Positions 49,850 through 60,806 of a stretch of DNA of 64,000 nucleotides are shown piece after piece. Position 1 is the first letter of the stretch; the number at the start of each line of letters is the position of its first letter. Source of the DNA: Pelagomonas calceolata (Eukaryota). The stretch covers positions 5,518,001 through 5,582,000 of the forward strand of contig CAKKNE010000001.1 in NCBI GenBank assembly GCA_918797485.1, read 5' to 3'. Below the pieces are notes generated by a model, which saw nothing but the letters and a program-made list of their open reading frames with translations, had not been told where the DNA came from and did no database searches. The position numbers and the translations under genes were made by a program.

Positions 49850-51457
49850 CTAGACCATCGAGTCCGGCACGACGACCTCGAGCGCGGACTGCGGCGTCTC
49901 GTCGGGCGCGAGCGGGTCCTCGCTCGCGCCGGGCGTGTACGAGAGGCGGCGCACGGAGACGTCGCCGACGCGCTCCGTCGAGTCGCGGCCCCGCGCGCGC
50001 GGCGCCGTCGCCCAATTTGGTTCCTGCTGAGGAAGGGGTTCCGAGTCGCGCCGAGTTCCCAGTCGGCTCGGAGGCGGCACGGGGCTCGCCCAGGCCGGTT
50101 CGGCGCGCGCCTCCAGATCAGCCTGGGGGGTCGGCATTGGTGCCATGGCGTAGGGATCGGCCTCGCCGCGCCGCACGGACAGCATGGCATCGCGGTCGTG
50201 GCGTCTTCTAATTGTCGACAGCGAGCCACCGCGCGCGAGTCCGCGCAAATTGGTCAATCCCGTCTCCGAGATCTTGTTCGTGTCGGGTCGCACGCAGCGC
50301 GGGTACTGCGGGTCCTTGTAGGCTTGCGACCGTTTGTAGGAACAGCAGGACTTGCGACAGAGTAAATAATCAGCTAAAGAACCGCCCTGGTACCACTGCG
50401 CCCGATGGATGGGATACAATACCAGAAACAGAGGCGTGAACTTCACGAACCAGAACCAAAAGTTGATGACCTCCGAGTAGAAAATCAACAGAGCCGCGTG
50501 GTGGCGTTGGGGCGTGTTTTTTTCTCGCTCGCCGAGGTACGGGGCGCCTTCCAAATGCGAAGCGAGTAGAAATATCGCCGTGAAGACCACGGCGAAATGT
50601 ATGACCAGTAACCACATGATACCCCGGTCGCCGCGCAGCTTCCACCTTTTGACCCTTTGGGCTCTTCTTGCGAGTTTGCGATCGTCTATTTTATGTATTG
50701 TTTGACTAGGCTTGCCGACGCCGTTCCAGAGGCCTGTGGGGGCGTCGCCCTCACACGCTGCTGCTATTAGGGGACCATACAAGCAGGGGCAGATGACGAT
50801 CTGTCTGATCAAGACAGCGTATAGAGTAGTGACGATGTTCTTCACGAGATAAAACATCGCGCCGCGCTCGTCTCCACTACGACCACCACCAAACAACACA
50901 CTAATCTTGCCCCGATGGTACTCCATGAACGCCGTCCACACAAAATTGAACGCTACCGAACAAAAGAAGACGACGAAGCGCTCCTTGGCCGTGAAGGGAC
51001 ATAACGGGTGGACCTTGAATACTGATACTAGAGGATGGAATAGGTACGTGAACTCGCGAGCATTGGATAGGATACCACCATCCGTGTTCGGCAGGCCATA
51101 GGTGCAGGGGATGGGCATGCCTCTCATGAGTAATCTCACGGTCTCCCTATCACCGTTGTCGTGGAGGTAGAAGCGGTCCAGCGTTCGTTCTCTGAAATCT
51201 CGTGGAGAGCGGGGATACTCGTGCGGCTCCGCCTCCGCTCTCGGTGTTTCCAACGACACATCTTCCAGATCATTCGACGTAGGTTGAGGGCTCGTCGACT
51301 CCTTGGACCGCGCGCTGGAGTCGTCCGTCTCGGCGAACGTGATGCGCCGGCGCGGCGTCTCTAATGATCTACGTGACCGCGGCGACGAGTGGCCTCTTCG
51401 TAATGTTGTTAAAGGGTTGTCCGTTGTTGTGGCGACGGTCGTCGATGAGGTGTCCAT
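49850..51457 (-). CDS. Hypothetical multi-pass membrane protein
   Basis: 535-aa ORF with ~4 hydrophobic segments and low-complexity termini. Confidence 0.65.
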   Translation of the reverse strand: MDTSSTTVATTTDNPLTTLRRGHSSPRSRRSLETPRRRITFAETDDSSARSKESTSPQPTSNDLEDVSLETPRAEAEPHEYPRSPRDFRERTLDRFYLHDNGDRETVRLLMRGMPIPCTYGLPNTDGGILSNAREFTYLFHPLVSVFKVHPLCPFTAKERFVVFFCSVAFNFVWTAFMEYHRGKISVLFGGGRSGDERGAMFYLVKNIVTTLYAVLIRQIVICPCLYGPLIAAACEGDAPTGLWNGVGKPSQTIHKIDDRKLARRAQRVKRWKLRGDRGIMWLLVIHFAVVFTAIFLLASHLEGAPYLGEREKNTPQRHHAALLIFYSEVINFWFWFVKFTPLFLVLYPIHRAQWYQGGSLADYLLCRKSCCSYKRSQAYKDPQYPRCVRPDTNKISETGLTNLRGLARGGSLSTIRRRHDRDAMLSVRRGEADPYAMAPMPTPQADLEARAEPAWASPVPPPSRLGTRRDSEPLPQQEPNWATAPRARGRDSTERVGDVSVRRLSYTPGASEDPLAPDETPQSALEVVVPDSMV

Positions 51458-51649
51458 CGTTTTGCAGCGCTGCGGCCACCGCTGCGCTTTTTGGTCCTAG
51501 CCTGGATTACTTGGCCGCTGGGTCTTCTCTGCCAGCCAGCGCTCGCGGTGGGCTGCGCGGCGCTGCGAACGTGTCCGAGCGCTGTGCAATCGCTTGATTG
51601 CGCAGCAATAGCGGCTGTCTAGCTCGCTTGGCCAAATTTGGCTTGGCTT

Positions 51650-51673
51650 GCTAGTGTCTTACCGGTCGCTAGC
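51650..51673 (+). promoter_or_regulatory. CTAG-bounded intergenic motif, copy 15
   Basis: GCTAGTGTCTTACCGGTCGCTAGC, between divergent genes. Confidence 0.65.
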
Positions 51674-51939
51674 CCGACAAGGCAACAACTTGTGTGCGCG
51701 TTCTCCCATCCCTCGTGAGGCCGGCAAGACGGGTGGATGCTTCTTTGCTGGCCCTCGCTGCCGCTTGCTCATTTCGCCTGGCACCAATCTGAGTTAAGCC
51801 GTGGAAGACTCTACGCGAGGGCCTGCGCAGACTCACAGAGGCGCGCACGGCTCTCTCCTCGACGTGCCAAACAACGCTAGCGAAAGCGCTGCGCCGCGCG
51901 CCGCCTCAAACCCCCAAAGTGCTGGCTGCACCTGCCACC

Positions 51940-53514
51940 ATGGCTCTCTCCGCGCGGCGCCTCGCGCGCCTCGCCCGCGCCGCGGCCCGAGGAAACAAAA
52001 CGGCTCCCGCCGCAAGCCGCTGCTTCTCCGCCGAACCGAAAAAGGAAGAACCCGTGGAAAAGACGTCGTGGGGCGGCCTCGCGGACCAGGACCGCATCTT
52101 CACGAATTTGTACGGCGAGCAGGACTGGCGCTTGGTCGACGCTTTGAAGAGAGGCGACTGGCACAGAACAAAAGACATCCTGTGGATGGGGCCCGACTGG
52201 ATCGTCCAGGAGATGAAGGATAGTGGCTTACGAGGCCGCGGCGGCGCGGGCTTCCCCTCCGGCCTGAAGTGGTCCTTCATGCCCAAGAACAGCGATGGCC
52301 GGCCCCAGTTCCTCGTGATCAACGCCGACGAGAGCGAGCCGGGCACGTGCAAAGATCGCGAGATTATGCGCAAGGACCCCCATAAGCTCGTCGAGGGGTG
52401 CTTGATTGCGGGCTACGCCATGCGGGCTCGCGCCGCTTACATCTACATTCGCGGGGAGTATTTTAATGAAGCGATGGTCATGGACGAGGCGATCCACGAG
52501 GCGTATGCTGCTGGATACTTGGGCAAGAACGCGTGCGATAGCGGGTATGATTTCGACATTTATCTGCATCGTGGTGCTGGTGCTTATATCTGCGGCGAGG
52601 AGACGGCTCTTATTGAATCTTTAGAGGGTAAACAAGGCAAGCCTCGGCTCAAGCCGCCGTTTCCCGCGAACGTCGGCGTGTTTGGGTGTCCCACCACCGT
52701 AACAAACGTCGAGACCATCGCCGTGGCTCCCACGATTTTGCGAAGGGGCGCGTCCTGGTTCGCGTCGTTCGGAAGGCCCAACAACCGGGGCACGAAGCTC
52801 TTCGCGATTTCGGGCCACGTGAACAATCCCATAGTGGTGGAAGAGGAGATGTCCATTCCCTTCCGGGAGCTCATCGACAAGCACTGCGGCGGCGTTAGGG
52901 GTGGCTGGGACCAATTGCAAGCCGTGATTCCCGGCGGGAGTTCGGTGCCCGTCTTACCGATCGACGAGTGCGAAGAGGCGCTCATGGACTTTGACGACCT
53001 GAAGGCGCGCGGGAGTGGGCTGGGCACGGCCGCCGTGACGGTCATGGACAAGTCCGTGGACATGATCGCGGCGATTCGTAGACTGTCTCATTTTTATAGA
53101 CACGAGTCGTGCGGCCAGTGCACGCCGTGTCGCGAGGGCACGGGGTGGTTGGAGACTTTATTGGAACGCATGGAGGTCGGCGACGCGGACGTGAGGGAAA
53201 TCGGCATGCTCGACGAAGTCTCGCGCCAGATCGAGGGCCACACGATTTGTGCATTGGGCGACGCGGCGGCCTGGCCCGTCCAAGGTTTAATTAGACGCTT
53301 CCAGCCCGTGATTGAGGAGCGCATCGCGAACCCGCAGGGTTTTGATTTTGAGGCGCACTTCCAGCACGCGTGGTCCGGCGAGGCCTTCGCCAACGCCGAC
53401 TGGACGAAGGAGTTCGGCGGCGGCAAGGACGTGCTCGTGGACCCGGGGCTCACGGAGGGGCCGCTCGCGGACAAGCCCATCATCCGGCCGGCGGAGCCAA
53501 TGCACCTGCACTGA
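51940..53514 (+). CDS. NDUFV1: NADH:ubiquinone oxidoreductase 51-kDa flavoprotein subunit
   Basis: [46 protein letters not shown] and [13 protein letters not shown]; mitochondrial presequence. Confidence 0.98.
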   Translation: MALSARRLARLARAAARGNKTAPAASRCFSAEPKKEEPVEKTSWGGLADQDRIFTNLYGEQDWRLVDALKRGDWHRTKDILWMGPDWIVQEMKDSGLRGRGGAGFPSGLKWSFMPKNSDGRPQFLVINADESEPGTCKDREIMRKDPHKLVEGCLIAGYAMRARAAYIYIRGEYFNEAMVMDEAIHEAYAAGYLGKNACDSGYDFDIYLHRGAGAYICGEETALIESLEGKQGKPRLKPPFPANVGVFGCPTTVTNVETIAVAPTILRRGASWFASFGRPNNRGTKLFAISGHVNNPIVVEEEMSIPFRELIDKHCGGVRGGWDQLQAVIPGGSSVPVLPIDECEEALMDFDDLKARGSGLGTAAVTVMDKSVDMIAAIRRLSHFYRHESCGQCTPCREGTGWLETLLERMEVGDADVREIGMLDEVSRQIEGHTICALGDAAAWPVQGLIRRFQPVIEERIANPQGFDFEAHFQHAWSGEAFANADWTKEFGGGKDVLVDPGLTEGPLADKPIIRPAEPMHLH

Positions 53515-53712
53515 TTTATATATATCCTCTCCTCCTGGGTAAGTGTTTGCCTATAGCTAGCGTGCGGGGTTCAGCTTTTGTTCAAAAAAGCTCTGCGGCG
53601 CAGCGGCGGCGTGCGCGCGGCTGATTGCTGCCCGCGCCCGAGAATTACTGCCGTTCCGTGCAAAACTGCTCAAATACACCTCGCGGGCAGCCTCTGCTTG
53701 GCCACGGGCATC

Positions 53713-56700
53713 ATGGCTGATTCAGATGATGAAAGCTCTGTGGCTTCAGAGGACTGGCACCACGAATTTGACGACTATCACAGCCAGGCGGCCGCAGACA
53801 TCTACAAGATGATCTATAAGTCGTGGCCGAAGCGCGGTCACTCCTGGAACCGTGATAGACACGTTCAGTTCTACGCCGCCGTGAGTTCCATGCTCCGACA
53901 CCTGCCGGACCAGACCACAAGTCAGCTGGACTTCCTCGACGGATTGGCCGAGAAAATTAATGCCCACCGCGCCTACCTGAGGCAGCAGCTGTCGCCGCGG
54001 CCGCGGCGCCGCGGGACATCTGCTTGGGGCCGTGTGGGCCCGGTGACAGACCCGCTGCGACGCATCCTGCGGGAGTACTGCTTCGCGGACGCGCGCGCGT
54101 CCGCGCGCGCAACCTGCCGCGCCTGGCGAGAGACTGCACCGTCGTCGTATGTTTCGTTGCTCTTGGCGGTGGCCCCGCTGTCTGGCGAGCCCGGCGGCAT
54201 CCTGGTCAGAGCCCTGGACGAGTTGGAGGACGTTTCCATGAAACAGCTATCACATTTGGTATTGGTGGCGCAACCAATTGCGTCGCAGTACGCAAAAACC
54301 ACGGGCGACATTCGCATCGCCGCGGCGGCGTTCCGCCTGCTGCGTCTTTGTCCGTTGGCGACCGGCGTAGCGGAGGCAGCGGTTCGGATATTTTCAGAGG
54401 AGTGGCGTTGGTCAGACCCGGCGGACAATGAACTACTAGACTGGGACGTTTTGTTTGGGGAGCGGGACGTCCAGCGCTGCGTCGCGTACTCGGCGGGGAT
54501 GATCCTGAGGGAAAACCCGACGCTGGTCATGGAGCACTTCTCCGAGCTCGCAGAAGCCTCGAGAGTCGAGAACTACTATGACCGCAACAAGTCCGTCGGC
54601 GCGAGCGTCGAAAGCATCTTCTTGCACACGATGCCCACGGCGCGCGTGAACGACGCGACGGCGGCGACGTGGATACCGCGCGCGTCGGACACGGACCTGC
54701 CCGGGATGGCGCGCATGTTCGCCTGGCGCGTGCTGCGGTGGATGCCCTTGGCCGAGCAGCTGCTCGCGCTGCCTGCCATCGTCGCAGATGTCGGGACGGA
54801 TCAAGCGGCAGCCAGCGAGGCCGTCGAGATTTTCCTGGCCGTTGGTGGGGCGGCGGAGCCGTACGCCAGTCAGATCGTGCCCGCGATGGCTGCTAGCATA
54901 GAATCGGACCTCACCGGTCGGGAGCGCTACGTGAAGTTGCTGGGCCGGCTCGGCGCCTGGCAGGGGCCGGAAGCGCTAGATATCTCCTCGCTCATCGACC
55001 TCGCCGACGAAAAGGTGGAGGCGTCGTGGAAGACGCGCGCCGTCGCGGAGCGCGTCCTGGAAGATGTCGCGCGTGGAACGTCGGCACACAAGGCTATGTA
55101 TCTGTTGAATGAACTGCTCGGGAATCGGATACCTCACCGTATCGTGTCGAACTGCAATACCTTGATCGAGCTCGCATGCTCGCGCCTCGAGCCGGAACAT
55201 GTTTCCGCGTGCGTGACGGCCGCGGTCGGATGGGCGTTAGGTAACGGTTATGCGGACCGCGCAAATTGGATATCGCGGCGGAATCTCGACGTCATCAAGG
55301 CCTTGGTGCATGGCGAAGAAAGCGGCCTGCCTTCGGCCATAAAGCAGGCCTTCACGAACGGGCTCGATAGCTTCGTCGAGAGGTTCGCGGCCGTTTCGCT
55401 GCGCTGGGGCTTGGCGACGGAACCGACGCTGCTCATCTACAATTCGCTCCTGTCGCATCTGTCGCTAGATCACGTGCGCCGCGCGACCGAACTGGTGCTC
55501 AACGCTTACCGGGAAAACCCACGTACCACCGACGATCCCTTCGCGCCTGCAGACGTATCGGAGTTCGAGCCCTTTGCGGCCTACGGTGGGCGCCGGCCGG
55601 GCATGGTCTTTAGGCGGGGCGACCGCGGCCAGGGCTACTACCGGGACAGCCCCCGCAACGAAGCCTCGGACGCGCTCATGACCAACATTCTCGCTGCGTG
55701 GGTCGAGGGCAGGCGCTACGGCATGTCCCCCTTACCGAACAGCGCAGCCCGGGGCGACGTCTCTGCCGTGGTTATTTGTGCCTGCATGGAGGACCTCCGG
55801 GCTCGCGGACCCACGCCGTTGCTGGGGACCGTCTTCTACGCGTACGCAAGCTCGGCCGTCTTCTACGCGTACGCGCGCTCGGGTCTTGCCGCCACTTTTG
55901 TGGCCGGACGCACCGTCGCTGATCCGATCGGGTTCGCCAACAGCCTGCTTCCGTTCGTGAGGGAGCCGCTCCCGGCACGGCTCGTCGCGCCCCCGCTGTC
56001 GGCTCTGCGCACAATGGACGTCAGCGTGCCCAACGCTGCCGCCAAAATCACAGAGCAGCGCGCTCGCGATGCGCCAGTGACGCGCCGGTCGAACGAGGCT
56101 CGACGGAAGTTCCGAATGGATATAATTCGTGCCTATGGCCGGTGCTGCGCCGCCTCGGACGTCGCTGAACTCGCGAGTCTGCTCGACGATCAATCGCTGT
56201 ATCCAATTCCCGATGGCACGTTGGTCTCGATCGGCAGCGTCGCCGCGGTCGCGTTGCTCGAATGCGTGATACTCCGGCCCGGCGCGGGCGCAAACCTGGA
56301 CGCATCGGCGAGCGCGCGGTTTCTGCGGGCACTGCGCGGCCGCCGCCTAGTTCCGTTCGCCGCACTCTCGGCGGAGAAGTACTGGTACGCCCGCTCCGAA
56401 GACGACGTCTGCTTTGACGTCGCGTTGCTCTTCGCACAAGATCTTAATCGGAGCGTGCGGGACGAGGGATATGCCATATTCAAGCGCTCGCAGCGCTCGT
56501 ACCTGTCGCGGCGAACCGTTGAGGCCGTCGGCCTGTTGGCCACGTCGCTGCGCGAGGAGGTGCGGGAGATCGCGTGCCGGATGATCAAGCAATGCTTCAA
56601 GAATCCCTCCAAGTACTTCGGGAGTTGCGAGGAAGCGCGGGACCTCGCGTACAAGCGCATCGAGCCGCTGCTCGGCGACGCGACGTTACCGCCGACGTAT

Positions 56701-57048
56701 CCGACCGAAACCTTGTACGAGTACTTTGGTGACCCTTATCCCAGCTTGGTGTACACGGAACGAGACATGTTTGCCGATGCGATCGCTGTACGTATCGCCG
56801 CCGTCGAGGCCGCGTGCTTTGCCTCCGGCTGGCAACCCACGTGCGTTGCCTCCCGGCGGCGGCGCAATAGATGCCTCAGGGCCGTCGTGGACGTGATGCG
56901 CTACGACCCCGTCGAGGCCGTTCGTGATGCCGCGGCGGATGGGCTGCGGTACACGCACGGCGGATTATGGCTTCGCTATATCAATCCCCGGCAGCCGATG
57001 ATGGACGCGTTCGTCGTGGTGAAGCGGAAGCGTCGCCGCCGTGTGTAA
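53713..57048 (+). CDS. Large HEAT/ARM-like hypothetical protein with an F-box-like segment
   Basis: Uninterrupted ~1110-aa ORF; PLRRILREYCF...ATCRAWRE (F-box-like); VRDEGY, VREIAC and VRDAAADGL HEAT-like ends. Confidence 0.6.
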   Translation: MADSDDESSVASEDWHHEFDDYHSQAAADIYKMIYKSWPKRGHSWNRDRHVQFYAAVSSMLRHLPDQTTSQLDFLDGLAEKINAHRAYLRQQLSPRPRRRGTSAWGRVGPVTDPLRRILREYCFADARASARATCRAWRETAPSSYVSLLLAVAPLSGEPGGILVRALDELEDVSMKQLSHLVLVAQPIASQYAKTTGDIRIAAAAFRLLRLCPLATGVAEAAVRIFSEEWRWSDPADNELLDWDVLFGERDVQRCVAYSAGMILRENPTLVMEHFSELAEASRVENYYDRNKSVGASVESIFLHTMPTARVNDATAATWIPRASDTDLPGMARMFAWRVLRWMPLAEQLLALPAIVADVGTDQAAASEAVEIFLAVGGAAEPYASQIVPAMAASIESDLTGRERYVKLLGRLGAWQGPEALDISSLIDLADEKVEASWKTRAVAERVLEDVARGTSAHKAMYLLNELLGNRIPHRIVSNCNTLIELACSRLEPEHVSACVTAAVGWALGNGYADRANWISRRNLDVIKALVHGEESGLPSAIKQAFTNGLDSFVERFAAVSLRWGLATEPTLLIYNSLLSHLSLDHVRRATELVLNAYRENPRTTDDPFAPADVSEFEPFAAYGGRRPGMVFRRGDRGQGYYRDSPRNEASDALMTNILAAWVEGRRYGMSPLPNSAARGDVSAVVICACMEDLRARGPTPLLGTVFYAYASSAVFYAYARSGLAATFVAGRTVADPIGFANSLLPFVREPLPARLVAPPLSALRTMDVSVPNAAAKITEQRARDAPVTRRSNEARRKFRMDIIRAYGRCCAASDVAELASLLDDQSLYPIPDGTLVSIGSVAAVALLECVILRPGAGANLDASASARFLRALRGRRLVPFAALSAEKYWYARSEDDVCFDVALLFAQDLNRSVRDEGYAIFKRSQRSYLSRRTVEAVGLLATSLREEVREIACRMIKQCFKNPSKYFGSCEEARDLAYKRIEPLLGDATLPPTYPTETLYEYFGDPYPSLVYTERDMFADAIAVRIAAVEAACFASGWQPTCVASRRRRNRCLRAVVDVMRYDPVEAVRDAAADGLRYTHGGLWLRYINPRQPMMDAFVVVKRKRRRRV

Positions 57049-57061
57049 GTCCGCTCTGTGA

Positions 57062-57083
57062 GCTAGCGTTGCAGGGCACTAGC
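57062..57083 (-). promoter_or_regulatory. CTAG-bounded motif variant, copy 16
   Basis: Reverse complement GCTAGTGCCCTGCAACGCTAGC, ~165 bp upstream of the MTR kinase gene. Confidence 0.5.
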
Positions 57084-57247
57084 ATTTTACAGCAAGTGAG
57101 GCTTTCACTGCGCGTGCTTCCACAGAAGAAGTGCTCTGCTCAATCGGACAGGCACACACAAGTCTAAAATTGCAGCTCGTCCGCACCACGTGCAAAGACC
57201 TGTCGTAGACAGAAACCTTTGCAATCACTCACAGCCACACAAAGCCC

Positions 57248-58714
57248 ATGGAGCCCCACATGCAACACAACATCAAAAAGATCAAAGAAATCCTCGTGCC
57301 CTACACCGCCGAGGAGAACGCCGAGCTCTCGGGCGGCGAGGACACCGTGCCCCCCCCGCTGCCGCCGCGCCGGCCGCCGCCGCGCGCGGCGAGCGCCGAC
57401 GCGCCGGACGCGCCGCCGCTGCCGCAGCGCACGCCCCAGACGGAAGCGGAAGGACGCGCCGCGATGAAGGCCTACAAGGAGGCCTGGGAGAAGGCGAACG
57501 CCGAGGCCGCGAACCGGCCGATCACCCAGGACAACCCGGCCGGCGACCAGGAGTATCCAGTCCTACTCACATTAGCCTCGGTCTCGTGGTACGTGCACGG
57601 CCACGGGGTTTTACCGGACGTGCCCCTCTATCGACTGGAGTCGCAACCTATTAATGGAGGCAACCTGAATTTCGCCTGGCGCTGCGGGGACCGCGACGAC
57701 TCCAGCAAGTCGGTCTTCGTCAAGCAGGCGCCCGACTTCATCAAGTGCCTCGGCGCAGACTACAAGCTGACGAACAAGCGCGCCGAGGTCGAGGCGAACG
57801 TGCTGCGGGCGCTGCGCGACATCTCGGCGGACAACGCCCCTGAAGTTTTGGTATATGACGACTATAGGTGCGCCATGATCCTCGAGGATCTGCGGGACTT
57901 CCGGTTACTGCGGGACGATCTCCTGAGGGGCGTCATCGAGGAATCGGTGGCCGTGTCGCTCGGCCGCTTCTGCGCCAAGGTTTATAACGAGACGCGGGAA
58001 AAACAGGACGCCTACTTCTCCGAGATGTTGGGGAAGGACGACAACGGCGCCATGCGCGCGATCACGCGCGACTACGTCTTCACGAAGCCTTTTCAAGAAG
58101 ACGAGACGAACCGCAAAATTGATCCTGAGACAGCTCTGGGCTTCCGCGTCGCGAACGCGCGCAACGACGCGGGTTTACTGGCCGCCGTCGCGAACGCACG
58201 CAAAGCCTTCGACGACGCCCACGACTGCCTGAGCCACGGCGACCTCCACGCCGGCAGCGTCATGGTCGACGGCGCGCGCACCGTTTGTATAGATGCGGAG
58301 TTCGCCTGCCGCGGCCCCGCGGGTTTGGATATTGCTTTTCTGATTGCGGGCTACCTCTTCGCCTTCTGCGCGGCCGACGCCCACGCCGCGGACGCGGAGG
58401 CGGCGGGCATCCGGCGCGTGTCGTGCGGCGACGCCGTCAAGGCGCTCTGGCGCGCCTACGCCGACGCGCGCCAGGGCGACCCGAAAATGGACGAGGTCTG
58501 CGGCTTCCTGGGCTGCGAGCTGCTGCGGCGCGTCCTGGGCGCGGCGTCGGTGCCGGACCTGTCGGAGATTGCAGATGGCAAGGCGCGGGAGCGCGCCGAG
58601 TTATTAGTCGTCGAGATCGGCGTCGGCGTGCTCGTCGACGCGCCGGAGTCGGCGGAGCTGCTCGTGGAGTTCGCGGAGGGCTGCTACGACGCGCTCGCGC
58701 TGGACAAGTACTAG
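57248..58714 (+). CDS. mtnK: 5-methylthioribose kinase-like protein with an N-terminal extension
   Basis: GGNLNF, VFVKQAP.FIKCLG, LSHGDLHAGSVMV, IDAEFA..GP..LDIA and GCELLRRVLG. Confidence 0.85.
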   Translation: MEPHMQHNIKKIKEILVPYTAEENAELSGGEDTVPPPLPPRRPPPRAASADAPDAPPLPQRTPQTEAEGRAAMKAYKEAWEKANAEAANRPITQDNPAGDQEYPVLLTLASVSWYVHGHGVLPDVPLYRLESQPINGGNLNFAWRCGDRDDSSKSVFVKQAPDFIKCLGADYKLTNKRAEVEANVLRALRDISADNAPEVLVYDDYRCAMILEDLRDFRLLRDDLLRGVIEESVAVSLGRFCAKVYNETREKQDAYFSEMLGKDDNGAMRAITRDYVFTKPFQEDETNRKIDPETALGFRVANARNDAGLLAAVANARKAFDDAHDCLSHGDLHAGSVMVDGARTVCIDAEFACRGPAGLDIAFLIAGYLFAFCAADAHAADAEAAGIRRVSCGDAVKALWRAYADARQGDPKMDEVCGFLGCELLRRVLGAASVPDLSEIADGKARERAELLVVEIGVGVLVDAPESAELLVEFAEGCYDALALDKY

Positions 58715-58818
58715 ACTCCTCCCCTGTGTGCCCTGTCCCGGTCGTCTAACCTTAATAGTCGATTCGAATTCTTACACAAGAGCGAGCGATGGAGCGAGCG
58801 ATCGGGCGCGCCGAGGTT

Positions 58819-60291
58819 TCAGGCGCGCGACGGATCCGGCATCGACGGCGGTTCTAAACCTTGATGCAAATAGAAGGAGTCCTCCATCGTGTTCCAGGTG
58901 CAGAAGTCGAAGCCTGAATACGACGACTGGAACGAGTAGTCGAAGTCGCCCTGGAATTCCAACCCATACCCTTCCACACCTTCCGAGTGGAAGTGGTCGC
59001 CGATGGCCGACGTCTCGTGCGGCGTGAACGCAATACCAGCAGAGGTGAAGGCGCGCATGTACGTGTCCAAGGGGCACGCGGAGAGCCCCAAACCGAGGTG
59101 GCGGTCGTACCAGGCGCTCCATCCGTAATTTGAACCGGCATACGCATCACGCACGGAGTTGATGTACTCGACGTAATCCACCACGGAGTGCTTCCCACCA
59201 AACTGAGCGTTGTTCTCGACATAAGATAACTCGATCTGCATCTCCTCCTGGAAGATGTAGTGGATGTTCTTCACCGTTAACACGCGAGACAGTCCGCTCT
59301 TCGACACGACGGAGTCCAGGACGGGGAAGTGCGTCCTCCAAAAATTAGCAGCATTATCGACGTGCGCCGCGCCTATCGAAACGCGGACGGGGAACCACTG
59401 ATCGGCGGTAGGCAGCCTCCCTTGATAGTCTTTGTTGGTTGCCCACCATTGATCTAACACGTCGCCATCATACACCTTCGAGAAGTGGCACGCGGGACAT
59501 TCGTCCGCGGTCCACTCGATAGGCTCAACGATGCCGTCATCGAGTCTTGGTGAGGTCAATTCATACACTTTGCCCGTGGGAGAACCCACAACTAACGTAT
59601 AATAAGTCCGCCCATCCAACGGCGACTGGCCCTTCCTCGCTAGGAAAGGTTCGTTGTCCGCCACTAACCGTTTCGCAGTAGCGGTCAGGTCGGGATTATA
59701 CATGTGTAACGCGTAGTGCATGAAGGGGTTCCACGTATTAGTAGCGAACGACTCGTCGTTCAACGCCTTCTGGTAGTCGTCCCAGTACTTCACGTCCAGC
59801 GGTCCCGTCGGCGTGATGTCGTGGATGTAGGGGAAATGCAGTTCCATGGGCTTCACGGCCCCGAAAGCTAACTTGCGAATATGGACCTTCCCATTACAGT
59901 CCCAGTACGTCGAGGGATCTTCCAAATTCGTCGTGTCGTCGTCGGCGCCCTCGTCGCCGCCCGTTAATTGGTCGGTGGCCCCAAAAACGCGCGTCGCAAA
60001 CTCCGCGTCGAGTTCTGGGCTTGAAGTCGTGATGGTATATTTTGATAATTCCAACCAGCCGCCATCGCGGCATTGATAATCATTACCCCAGGTCGCGCTC
60101 CAGCCGAACAAAGCTGCTGTTGTGCGGCGGCCCGTCGCTGTGGCGGCGCCTAAGAGACCAAGCGTGGCGCAGGCGCCGAGCACTAGTGAGCGGCGGCGCG
60201 CCGGCTTCTCCCCATGCAGCGGCGTGGTCTCGTCCGCTACGGGCGTGCAGGCCTCCTCCTCATCATCCATCCTCGCTGGGCTGCCTTCCAT
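58819..60291 (-). CDS. Hypothetical type II membrane protein
   Basis: 490-aa ORF: N-terminal ETTPL motif, a transmembrane helix, then an aromatic-rich lumenal region. Confidence 0.7.
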   Translation of the reverse strand: MEGSPARMDDEEEACTPVADETTPLHGEKPARRRSLVLGACATLGLLGAATATGRRTTAALFGWSATWGNDYQCRDGGWLELSKYTITTSSPELDAEFATRVFGATDQLTGGDEGADDDTTNLEDPSTYWDCNGKVHIRKLAFGAVKPMELHFPYIHDITPTGPLDVKYWDDYQKALNDESFATNTWNPFMHYALHMYNPDLTATAKRLVADNEPFLARKGQSPLDGRTYYTLVVGSPTGKVYELTSPRLDDGIVEPIEWTADECPACHFSKVYDGDVLDQWWATNKDYQGRLPTADQWFPVRVSIGAAHVDNAANFWRTHFPVLDSVVSKSGLSRVLTVKNIHYIFQEEMQIELSYVENNAQFGGKHSVVDYVEYINSVRDAYAGSNYGWSAWYDRHLGLGLSACPLDTYMRAFTSAGIAFTPHETSAIGDHFHSEGVEGYGLEFQGDFDYSFQSSYSGFDFCTWNTMEDSFYLHQGLEPPSMPDPSRA

Positions 60292-60572
60292 GGGGCCCGC
60301 GCTCGTCGCAGGGCCGCAAATATAAATAGCGGCGTGCCCGGGGGGCTATTGGAGGCGAGGTCACCGCGTATTGCGCCTCGGGGCTGCCTCTTGCGCCCGT
60401 CGCGGCCCCGCTTTTGACGCGAGATGGCTTGGAATGGACTCCTTCCTCATGATACGAAGTAAAGGGGCTTCCCCACTAGGATTCCGAGGGGAGGCCTCCT
60501 GGGCTTGTCTCTGCTGCATGTAGATGCCGGGCCCGAGCGCTCCGGGACGCTTTCGCAAGCCCTTGCTTGCTT

Positions 60573-60596
60573 GCTAGTGTCTTACATGTCGCTAGC
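60573..60596 (+). promoter_or_regulatory. CTAG-bounded intergenic motif, copy 17
   Basis: GCTAGTGTCTTACATGTCGCTAGC, between divergent genes. Confidence 0.65.
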
Positions 60597-60806
60597 TCTT
60601 GCTTGGCATTTGCGAGCGCCAGCACACGCATTAAGGTCGCAAGTGCAGCGATTGCACGTACCGTGCATCCGTGCGACGCGCGCGCCACAAGCGAGCAGGT
60701 CTGCTGCGCACCTCAAGCAAAAACAGAGCAGCCAGCCTCTGCCACACTGTGCAGCCGTCGCCGCGAAGCGCACGGGTCGCCGCGCAAACACAGGACAAAA
60801 AAAAAA

